Positions 55,441 through 64,000 of a DNA stretch of 64,000 bases are shown one piece after another. Each line of letters starts with the position of its first letter. Position 1 is the stretch's first letter. Location of the stretch: assembly GCA_963675665.1 (NCBI GenBank), contig OY776510.1:4448001-4512000 (forward strand), written 5' to 3'. The notes beneath the pieces were generated by a model that was given only the letters and a program-made list of their open reading frames with translations, had not been told where the DNA came from and ran no database searches. A program made the position numbers and the translations under genes. The DNA comes from Spirochaetia bacterium (GTDB taxonomy: Bacteria; Spirochaetota; Spirochaetia; UBA9216).

Positions 55441-55643
55441 CAATTAAATGTTAGCATATTTGTGAACTTTTTTCAATGTATTTGTATAAATTTCCATAAA
55501 AGACGTATAAATCAAAATATCTTATACATACGTTTATCTTTATTTCGTGCTCATTACGGTAAATTTCTTATTATTAACCCCAAATGGTTCCCAGGAACAG
55601 GCAATTAACGCAGCCTGAAATATTGATGTCCCGCGGAGCGGGT

Positions 55644-55791
55644 GCATAACGACAAAATCAGTTGCGCCCTCGATCCTGAGCCGCAGGCGAAGGAATTGGC
55701 GCGGTTTTAGAGCGTAGGCACGATCAGTGCCGCAGCGTCTCCGCTAAAACCGTGACAATAGACGGCGACAACTGCATTTTTTTTGTTAAGC
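55644..55791 (-). repeat. attC 18
   Basis: gcataac...gttaagc. Confidence 0.92.
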
Positions 55792-55799
55792 GGTTCAAT

Positions 55800-56132
55800 C
55801 TAATAGAATCGCATTAGCTTTTTTATTAATAATTCTTCTAAATTTCTTCTTGAATCAACTATTGCATGTATAATAATTGAGTGTTCCTGGATTTCATAAA
55901 TTATCCTATAATTACCCTCAATTAATTCTCTATAATCAACAATATCTTGTTCTTCAAGTTCAGGAACAATTCTACCCAATTCTGGAAAATCTTTAAGATT
56001 GTTTACTTTTTCTTCTATTGCGTAAAATAAATTCTTCGAAAAATCAGCATTTACAGAATTATAATATTCGATAATCTCTATTAGATCTTCCTCTGAATAT
56101 CTTGAAAATATAACCTTATATCTTTTCTTCAT
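55800..56132 (-). CDS. RelE/ParE-family toxin
   Basis: EDLIEIIEY...FPELGRIVPEL...YRELIEGNYRIIY...DSRR. Confidence 0.9.
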   Translation of the reverse strand: MKKRYKVIFSRYSEEDLIEIIEYYNSVNADFSKNLFYAIEEKVNNLKDFPELGRIVPELEEQDIVDYRELIEGNYRIIYEIQEHSIIIHAIVDSRRNLEELLIKKLMRFY

Positions 56133-56141
56133 ATTTTATTC

Positions 56142-56420
56142 TTAGAATTTAAATTTTTGCTTTATTTCATCAAACACTTGATCTGATTCTTTTATATTCC
56201 CTGTTTTAATATCCTTTTCTGACAATTGAATCATTTTCAAGATATTAAAAGCATTTTTCATCGTTTGATATGATTCTATATCAATTAAAGCAGCTTTAGC
56301 CTCACCATGCTGAGTTATTATTATAGTATTCTTATTCTCATTTATATATTTCATCATATCAGCTGCATTTGTTTTGATATATGATATTGGTTTTATATCA
56401 TCCTTAAAATTCACAGACAT
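56142..56420 (-). CDS. Phd/YefM-family antitoxin
   Basis: DIKPISYIKTNAA...IITQHGEAKA; TTGACC-17-TATTAT promoter and GGAGG RBS. Confidence 0.92.
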   Translation of the reverse strand: MSVNFKDDIKPISYIKTNAADMMKYINENKNTIIITQHGEAKAALIDIESYQTMKNAFNILKMIQLSEKDIKTGNIKESDQVFDEIKQKFKF

Positions 56421-56635
56421 ATCGCCCTCCAGTTCTTTAATAATACTTTATAAAGACTATTTGGTCAATATTTTTCAAATTGTCCAAACTCGATCGAACT
56501 TATGCCATTTGAGTATCTTATTAGATCAACCTTAGCTTAATCAATTTGTATCTCCCTGGAGGTTTTTATTCTTATTACAATTTGACCTTATAATAATACT
56601 TTATATATACTATCTCTGGGAAAAATCTTGAATAC

Positions 56636-56774
56636 GCTTAACGACGATTTGAGTAGCAAAATTGATCGGCGTCTTCGCCGAATTGGCGCGATTCTGGAGT
56701 GAGGGCCATTGCCCGAACGTCTTTAGCCAGAATCGTGACAATAAATTTTGACTACTCCAAATCTCTTGTTAAAT
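56636..56774 (-). repeat. attC 19
   Basis: gcttaac...gttaaat. Confidence 0.92.
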
Positions 56775-57374
56775 GCCTTCTCTTACCAGACCGCACGACG
56801 GAGTCAAGGTCTGGTTTTCTTAAATATTATTAATAATTGAAACTTTGATTATCTAATTCTTGAGTTTTAATATATCCACCATAGACCCATCCATTAATAT
56901 TTTCTTTTCTAATATTTACCCATGGAAAATCCATATTATCCAATTTATATGATATTGGTGTAACTCCCAACATTTCAATTTCTTCATTCTCTTGCAATAA
57001 TCCAAGAATATCTGAATCAGTACTAGGTAGTTTTCTAATTCTAAGGTTTTTTGTATTACAATATCCTTTATAAGGTTTTTGATATTGATAATCAATATTA
57101 CGTGCTCCCATACTATCCATAACTCTTACAAATTCCGAATTTTCTCCATGCAACTTGATTGCAATAGCCAATGGGGACATATAATCATTAAGTAAATTAA
57201 CTGTTGTTATTTTTGCTTTATTTTCAATTAAGATTTTAAAAGCTTTAATATTGTTTTTCTTTATAGCAAATACTAATGGATTTTCAAAAGATACTTGTAT
57301 ATCAAAGTTATTTACATTAAATCCATATTTTATACACAAATCAGTATAGAGATCATTTTTTATTCTTATTGACT

Positions 57375-58649
57375 CATAGCTGTCCAAAATAAGGACTATT
57401 AATAGCCTGAATCCCTGGTTATAATGAATTGAGCGGGCAAGCTTAAATCATTACAACGGAAGGAAAACAGGCAATGAGTTATAAGAATAGCATTTTAAAT
57501 CAGATACTTCAAATCATTCCGAGACATGAATTTGAAAGATCTGTCAGAAAGTATAAAGGAGATTTTGCTTCAAAAGGATTCTCCTGTTGGGAACAATTTG
57601 TTTCAATGCTGTTTGCCCAATTTACAGGACAGACCGGACTTAGAGGCATAGAAACAGCATTGGATTCGATTAAAAACATGCTTTATCATTTGGGGGTAAA
57701 AAAGATTAAACGCTCAACACTTTCCTATGCAAATAACAACAGACCCTCAGAAATTTATGAAAATGTATTCAATAACCTGCTGACAAAGATCCTTAAAATG
57801 AAAAGGTCTCATAAGCATAGATTTAAAAATCCGCTGTACAGTGTTGATGCGACAACCATCGATTTATGCCTGTCAGTATTTCCATGGGCGAAGTTTAGAA
57901 AGAATAAAGGCGGAATCAAACTTAATGTAAAACTTGATCACAGCGGATATATTCCGGACTTTGTATCTGTTACAACAGCTCAAACCCATGAGCTTAATTC
58001 ACTCAAGAAAATGAAATTCAATAAAGGTGATGTAGTTGCATTCGATCGGGCCTATACAGATTTCAAATTATTTGCAAGTTATTGTATTGCAGGCATTTAT
58101 TTTATTACTCGTATGAAAAAGAATGCAGATTATAAAGTTTTTCAAAGAAATAATGTTTCAAAATATGAAAATATTTCATCAGATCAAATAATTGAAATGC
58201 GAGGATACTACACCAGCAAGAAGTGTCCACTCCAATTACGGCGAATTAGAATAAAAGATCCGGAAACAGGAAAATATATTGTAATTCTTACAAATCAGCT
58301 TGATTGGGCACCTACAACAGTTGCTGCTGTCTATAAGGACAGATGGCAGATAGAAATATTCTTCAAAACAATCAAACAGAACCTGAAAATAAAGAAGTTT
58401 TTTGGAACGACGAAAAATGCAGTAATGACTCAGATCTGGATAGCATTGATAACTCATCTGATGCTGCAATATCTGAAGATGTTATCTTCCGGTGGATGGA
58501 CTCATTATTCGCTTATGAAATTGCTTCCATCAATCCTGACGACCAGAAAAGATCTCTGGAATATTCTGAATAAACTACCGCCGCCCGGCAGAAATGAGCC
58601 AGGCTTAAAACTTCAAATGGAGCTGTTATGATTGTTTTGGACAGCTATG
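57375..58649 (+). mobile_element. IS4-family element copy 3 (transposase 57474-58631)
   Basis: same IRs, TSD TTATTGACT. Confidence 0.96.
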
Positions 58650-58947
58650 TTATTGACTCATAAAATAAATAATTTGCTCTATTAATTTCACCAGGCATGA
58701 TATCCAAAGGTGATGCACCTTTATCAAGTAATAAATTTACAATTTCAATATTTTTATTGCTTGCTGCTATAAATATTGGTGATATTCTATCCCAAAACCA
58801 ATATTCTTCTACCCCCTTAACATCCGCCCCATTTCCTATTAAAAATTTAATAATTTCATTACTATTATTTTCTAAAGCATATTTAAATACTTTAGAATCC
58901 ATATCTGGATTAAAATTATATTCGCCTTTATAATTATTATATAATGT

Positions 58948-60222
58948 CATAGCTGTCCAAAATAAGGACTATTAATAGCCTGAATCCCTGGTTATAATGA
59001 ATTGAGCGGGCAAGCTTAAATCATTACAACGGAAGGAAAACAGGCAATGAGTTATAAGAATAGCATTTTAAATCAGATACTTCAAATCATTCCGAGACAT
59101 GAATTTGAAAGATCTGTCAGAAAGTATAAAGGAGATTTTGCTTCAAAAGGATTCTCCTGTTGGGAACAATTTGTTTCAATGCTGTTTGCCCAATTTACAG
59201 GACAGACCGGACTTAGAGGCATAGAAACAGCATTGGATTCGATTAAAAACATGCTTTATCATTTGGGGGTAAAAAAGATTAAACGCTCAACACTTTCCTA
59301 TGCAAATAACAACAGACCCTCAGAAATTTATGAAAATGTATTCAATAACCTGCTGACAAAGATCCTTAAAATGAAAAGGTCTCATAAGCATAGATTTAAA
59401 AATCCGCTGTACAGTGTTGATGCGACAACCATCGATTTATGCCTGTCAGTATTTCCATGGGCGAAGTTTAGAAAGAATAAAGGCGGAATCAAACTTAATG
59501 TAAAACTTGATCACAGCGGATATATTCCGGACTTTGTATCTGTTACAACAGCTCAAACCCATGAGCTTAATTCACTCAAGAAAATGAAATTCAATAAAGG
59601 TGATGTAGTTGCATTCGATCGGGCCTATACAGATTTCAAATTATTTGCAAGTTATTGTATTGCAGGCATTTATTTTATTACTCGTATGAAAAAGAATGCA
59701 GATTATAAAGTTTTTCAAAGAAATAATGTTTCAAAATATGAAAATATTTCATCAGATCAAATAATTGAAATGCGAGGATACTACACCAGCAAGAAGTGTC
59801 CACTCCAATTACGGCGAATTAGAATAAAAGATCCGGAAACAGGAAAATATATTGTAATTCTTACAAATCAGCTTGATTGGGCACCTACAACAGTTGCTGC
59901 TGTCTATAAGGACAGATGGCAGATAGAAATATTCTTCAAAACAATCAAACAGAACCTGAAAATAAAGAAGTTTTTTGGAACGACGAAAAATGCAGTAATG
60001 ACTCAGATCTGGATAGCATTGATAACTCATCTGATGCTGCAATATCTGAAGATGTTATCTTCCGGTGGATGGACTCATTATTCGCTTATGAAATTGCTTC
60101 CATCAATCCTGACGACCAGAAAAGATCTCTGGAATATTCTGAATAAACTACCGCCGCCCGGCAGAAATGAGCCAGGCTTAAAACTTCAAATGGAGCTGTT
60201 ATGATTGTTTTGGACAGCTATG
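58948..60222 (+). mobile_element. IS4-family element copy 4 (transposase 59047-60204)
   Basis: same IRs, TSD ATATAATGT. Confidence 0.96.
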
Positions 60223-60503
60223 ATATAATGTTATAAATCTTTTTAGATCATTTTGTTTTATTGCAAGATTAAACTCATCCCCATAATTTTCCATTGAAAA
60301 AATATTCATCACTTTAAATAAAAGCAATATAAAAATTATACAAAGATGTTTGTTCATAATGCTTTCTCTTCTCCAATCTTATATAAATCAACAATTATGT
60401 AATTATCGCCCGTCGGCCGGAGGTCCGGGCAATTTCTTCTTGCTTATTTTACACCCAGAACACGAAATCTACTATTATTTTTATTTGAACACCCTTTAAG
60501 TGC

Positions 60504-60642
60504 ATTTAACGACGATTTGAGTAGCAAAATTGTTCGGCGTCTTCGCCGAATTGGCGCGATTCTGGAGTGAGGGCCATTGCCCGAACGTCTTTAGCCAGAA
60601 TCGTGACAATAAATTTTGACTACTCCAAATCTCATGTTTTAC
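60504..60642 (-). repeat. attC 20
   Basis: atttaac...gttttac. Confidence 0.9.
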
Positions 60643-61244
60643 GTAACTGCCCATTATTGCAGTTCATCTTTTAACGATATTGGGACTATTACAACTAACC
60701 GCCCCAAATATATACCCAGCGATCAGCTGGGTTTCCTTGTTACATCTTTTTATCAGGTTACTTCTTTGCTGGTCAACGATGATATATCAATATTGCATTT
60801 TAACACGTTTCATTAACATTCTTATATTATTTATTTTTGATTATTCTGTTCGCGCCATATAAATTTTTCTACAGGATGAGAATAGTTATTACAGATACGT
60901 TGCAGTTTATTCCAGGTTTTTTTAAGTTATACAATTCTTATAATTATCATATCATCATTTTCCCAAGGGTTTTAAGAATGTTCATCAGCCTTATGCATTA
61001 GATATATTAAGTATTGTGATTCAAAACCAGATATTTTGTAAAATCGAAACTTTTTATAGGTTAGTTGGCTATCTATCAATACAATTGGAACGCATCTGAA
61101 ACATGATGTAGTTCAATTATTCTCTTTCTTAGACCTGCAAACTTTCGTTTTATCAAAGAACTGGTTTATCTATAATATGTTTTTTGATATTTTCATCTAC
61201 TGTTAGCTGCATAACTTCTGTTTTCAGCCTAAAATGCAGTTTAG
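60643..61244. other. ORF-less cassette, divergent family member 3
   Basis: no credible ORF; shares ctgcaaa...ttttatcaaagaact block with members 1 and 2. Confidence 0.65.
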
Positions 61245-61383
61245 GTAAAACGACGATTTGAGTAGCAAAATTGTTCGGCGTCTTCGCCGAATTGGCGCGA
61301 TTCTGGAGTGAGGGCCATTGCCCGAACGTCTTTAGCCAGAATCGTGACAATAAATTTTGACTACTCCAAATCTCTTGTTAAAT
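61245..61383 (-). repeat. attC 21
   Basis: gtaaaac...gttaaat. Confidence 0.92.
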
Positions 61384-61431
61384 ACCACTAATATCTTGGC
61401 CGAACGTCGGAGCCAAGGCCTGGTATTCTTC

Positions 61432-62328
61432 TTATAATTTCTTCTTAGCCATTGCTCTATCTATTTCGTTTTGCATTTTTTCCTCAATTGAGGGATAATC
61501 CTTTTTCTCAATATCTCGTACAAATTCTTTATACGGAAAACCATTAATCCAATCTAATTTAGTCAGCCTGATATTTAAATCTTTACATTTCCTATACATC
61601 ATTTTAGTATATTCATTTGTAACCTGTTCACCCAAAACAATTTCTTCTATACTATTTAATATATTTAAATAATACGACATAATTTCGCTATTTTTATCAT
61701 ATATACTATATCGATATTCATGCTCAGTTGACCAGTCTGACATTTTTGTAAAAATAAATAATTCTCTATGTCCCCAAATATAATCCGTTAAAATATGCTT
61801 TTTATAACCATTCTCCTCTAACATTTTATCAATTTCATAATTATTAAAAATTGATTTCAATTTATCTTTTTTTGATTCTAAATTATAATAGACTCTTCTA
61901 TTTGCATAATTATTTTGTTTATTCTTTATTTTCTTAAACTCTTGATCTAATTTATCTTTTCGAAGAATAATGCAACATCCTTTGTGCATATCACCATATT
62001 GTTCCCACATTCTTGGTTTTTTAACTATTAATTCCATATTGTCTTCTTGTATAAAGCATAATACTTTAAACATATCTTTAAGATTATCTTTTATAATTCT
62101 TTCAGAAGTAGTTACTAAACCACCATGAGCATGACGCACCGCAATTTTAAATAGAATATTCTTATTTTCAAATGGATCATTTGTATTGCTTAAGCTACTA
62201 AATTTAAATTGCATATTTTCTAATATTAATTCAAGCTTTCTTAAATTTGTAAAATGACCCAAAAAAGTAACTTTATCACTTTTATTATTCATTAAATAAG
62301 TCCTTATTAGTTCATCTTTTATATCCAA
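61432..62328 (-). CDS. DUF2971-like protein
   Basis: HFT, NDPFE, MWEQYGDMHKGCCI, KMSDWSTEHEYR. Confidence 0.82.
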   Translation of the reverse strand: MDIKDELIRTYLMNNKSDKVTFLGHFTNLRKLELILENMQFKFSSLSNTNDPFENKNILFKIAVRHAHGGLVTTSERIIKDNLKDMFKVLCFIQEDNMELIVKKPRMWEQYGDMHKGCCIILRKDKLDQEFKKIKNKQNNYANRRVYYNLESKKDKLKSIFNNYEIDKMLEENGYKKHILTDYIWGHRELFIFTKMSDWSTEHEYRYSIYDKNSEIMSYYLNILNSIEEIVLGEQVTNEYTKMMYRKCKDLNIRLTKLDWINGFPYKEFVRDIEKKDYPSIEEKMQNEIDRAMAKKKL

Positions 62329-62488
62329 TAAAGAATCTAATCCATTGCATTGATTCTACAACTTATATGCAAATAATGGCTCTAATGTTTCTCCATAGCC
62401 CGTCGGCCGGAGGTCCGGGCTATTTATCTTATTCTACCCCCAATCTCAAATAATAGCTAATAAAGTTATTGGGCATTTTAGAGTGTGT

Positions 62489-62628
62489 ATTTAACGACGT
62501 TTTGAGCTGCCTGGCGGCGCGTGTCTTCACGCGCATTGGCGTGATTCTGGAGTGTAGCGCGATCAGCGCGAAACGTCTCCGCCAGAATCATGACAATAGC
62601 CAGGACTGCTCCAAAACTTTTGTTATAC
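62489..62628 (-). repeat. attC 22
   Basis: atttaac...gttatac. Confidence 0.92.
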
Positions 62629-62636
62629 AGCTATTT

Positions 62637-63278
62637 CTATTTTACATAATATCCTTTCATTTTTAATTCTTCATCTGTATTATTTATTTTAATAATTTTT
62701 CTATCTCTTAAAATTCCTATCTCATCACTTATTTTACGAACAGCATGATGGTTATGATCAGTTATAATTATACCATGCTCCTTGCTCTTCTTATTAATCA
62801 TTCTACTTAGCTTTTCTATATACATTGGTTCAATTTCAGAAAAGGGTTCATCCAATAATATAAATTTTCTATTCAATCCTAATATTATAAGAGTTTCTAA
62901 ATACCGTTTCTCCCCTCCTGATAATTTTCCTATTCTAAATTCTTTTAATTTATCTATTCTTTCATCAAAATCTATTGAAGAGGATAATATTTTAATTGCG
63001 GTTTTTACTTTCATATCAAAAGGCAGAAAATTTCTCTGATTTAAATAACTAAAATATTTCCATCTTTCTTTATTTTCTATTAGTCTATCATTTATCTTTA
63101 ATAACCCAGTTTCGCCACTATTTATTCCAGATAGACAGTTAAAGAATGTTGTTTTCCCGGCACCATTCAATCCAAAAAGACCAAATATTCCTTTTTTCTT
63201 CATTTTAAAATGAATATTGCCCAAGAGCTTATCATGCTTATAAGAATAGTTTATGCCTTCAATTACTAATTCATCCAT
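62637..63278 (-). CDS. ABC transporter ATP-binding protein
   Basis: GLNGAGKT, LSGGE, LLDEPF, ITDH. Confidence 0.92.
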   Translation of the reverse strand: MDELVIEGINYSYKHDKLLGNIHFKMKKKGIFGLFGLNGAGKTTFFNCLSGINSGETGLLKINDRLIENKERWKYFSYLNQRNFLPFDMKVKTAIKILSSSIDFDERIDKLKEFRIGKLSGGEKRYLETLIILGLNRKFILLDEPFSEIEPMYIEKLSRMINKKSKEHGIIITDHNHHAVRKISDEIGILRDRKIIKINNTDEELKMKGYYVK

Positions 63279-63651
63279 ATATAAATTTTCTCATTTGAAT
63301 GCCAATCAGGAACACAGCTATTACAATTATAATATTCAAAAAGTATAAAATACCATATCTCTTAATTCTATTTATTCCATAAAGACAATATAAATGATTT
63401 TCATCACGACGTATCCATTCACTGAATATCAATGAAATTCCAAATCCAAAAGAAATCATTGAGATTAACAACATTCTTAAAGCATTCATATAAATTTCTT
63501 CATGTGATGCTTTTCGAAACTGATTAGTGAATCCGAGTGTGATCAATAAAGCGATTATTGAAATTATAATATTATTCGGAAGAACCTTTTTAAGATTATG
63601 ATACAGTAATTTTATTTTAACCTTTATTTCTATATTATTTCTTTTTTTCAT
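63271..63651 (-). CDS. small 3-TM membrane protein, probable ABC partner
   Basis: hydrophobic segments; overlaps the ATPase start. Confidence 0.7.
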   Translation of the reverse strand: MKKRNNIEIKVKIKLLYHNLKKVLPNNIIISIIALLITLGFTNQFRKASHEEIYMNALRMLLISMISFGFGISLIFSEWIRRDENHLYCLYGINRIKRYGILYFLNIIIVIAVFLIGIQMRKFIYG

Positions 63652-63691
63652 TTCATGCCTTCATGACATTTTTCCACCATATCGGACGTCT

Positions 63692-63831
63692 GTATAACAA
63701 CGATTTGAGCTGCCTGGCGGCCCGAGTCTTCGAGGGCATTGGCGTGGTTCTGGAACGGAGGGCGATCAGCCCGGAGTGTCTACGCCAGAACCATGACAAT
63801 AGCCAGGACTGCTCCAAATCTCACGTTATGT
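63692..63831 (-). repeat. attC 23
   Basis: gtataac...gttatgt. Confidence 0.92.
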
Positions 63832-63835
63832 GTTG

Positions 63836-64000
63836 CTATTCCCTTTTATTAACCAATCTATTAATATTTTCATAATCATATTCAATAATATTTTCTTCTA
63901 AAGCCCATATCTTTAACTCGTTAAGAATTTTATCATCTATTCTACTATCATAAAACTGATAGGATTTATACCAATTATTATAGCCTCCACAATGTAAAAT
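63836..64000 (-). CDS. 3' end of a cassette gene cut by the window edge
   Basis: open frame ILHCGGYNNWY...LVNKRE* ending just before attC 23. Confidence 0.6.
   Translation of the reverse strand: MLHCGGYNNWYKSYQFYDSRIDDKILNELKIWALEENIIEYDYENINRLVNKRE

Larger units (their letters stand above)
56830..60357 (-). pseudogene. exported ankyrin-repeat + SH3b protein split by two IS4 copies
   Basis: MNKHLCIIFILLLF signal-like start (60357); ankyrin SPIFIAAS...LLLDKGA (58650-58947); SH3b NLRIRKLPS...GWVYGGYI; frames rejoin across the TSDs. Confidence 0.85.
31571..61420 (+). repeat. hairpin B family, AGACC-GYAC-GRC-GGA-GYC-AA-GGTCT, 9 copies 3' of cassette genes
   Basis: starts at about 31571, 33027, 37578, 39064, 42961, 46458, 48055, 56785, 61398; each 10-14 nt from an attC core. 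Confidence 0.9.
32781..62423 (+). repeat. hairpin A family, GCCCG-TC-GGCC-GGA-GGTC-CGGGC, 9 copies 5' of cassette genes
   Basis: invariant 23-mer at about 32781, 34515, 38812, 42716, 44107, 47805, 49543, 60408, 62395; about 66-73 nt from the next attC core. Confidence 0.92.
29446..64000 (-). mobile_element. integron gene-cassette array (23 attC, 22 complete cassettes; intI/attI not in window)
   Basis: regular 130-148 bp palindromic repeats with ..AAC / GTT.. cores separating co-oriented genes; the two 7-bp cores bounding each cassette are mutually complementary. Confidence 0.95.

Noticed and set aside
31571-61420. Hairpin B as a simple intrinsic terminator
   Set aside because: On the coding (minus) strand it is followed by A-rich rather than U-rich sequence, has an asymmetric internal loop and strictly co-occurs with A. 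A terminator role on the opposite strand is not excluded.
31571-62423. DGR or retron explanation for the GGA-loop hairpins
   Set aside because: No reverse transcriptase or TR/VR pair with adenine-specific differences is visible in the window.
29446-63831. CRISPR array interpretation of the repeats
   Set aside because: Repeats are 130-148 bp and separated by gene-sized segments; no cas genes; the cores fit attC.
29448-63875. Short ORFs overlapping attC sites (e.g. 29448, 32897, 34604, 46248, 47925, 50973, 54637, 62469, 63663)
   Set aside because: They are translations of the GC-rich repeat itself, with no RBS or coding signal.

Overview
Low-GC bacterial window, probably from a spirochaete (inferred from the integrase type, the SH3b/ankyrin exported protein and the long attC sites). 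It has three parts. (1) 1-10.1 kb is a decaying integrative island: Schlafen/AlbA_2 gene, tyrosine integrase plus excisionase, AbiE and DUF6088 remnants, an interrupted tRNA-Leu(CAG) 3' half (att scar) and a broken IS110/IS1111-type element. (2) 10.4-26.5 kb holds metabolic and regulatory genes (two radical SAM proteins, a two-component system, two GT4 glycosyltransferases, a GH130 enzyme, an RRM protein), an intact IS66 and structured non-coding DNA. (3) 29.4-64 kb is a minus-strand integron cassette array with 23 attC sites and 22 complete cassettes, running off the right edge; no intI lies in the window. It carries four TA modules, nuclease/ATPase/RES/Schlafen/DUF2971 defence-like genes, a duplicated cassette, a family of ORF-less cassettes and four identical IS4-family insertions. 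The most unusual signal is that 9 of 22 cassettes have unrelated cargo genes bracketed by the same pair of covarying cGGAg-triloop hairpins (A upstream, B downstream). A and B always occur together, at fixed distances from attC, with a conserved leader. Protein calls are from motif recognition only; no database search was run.
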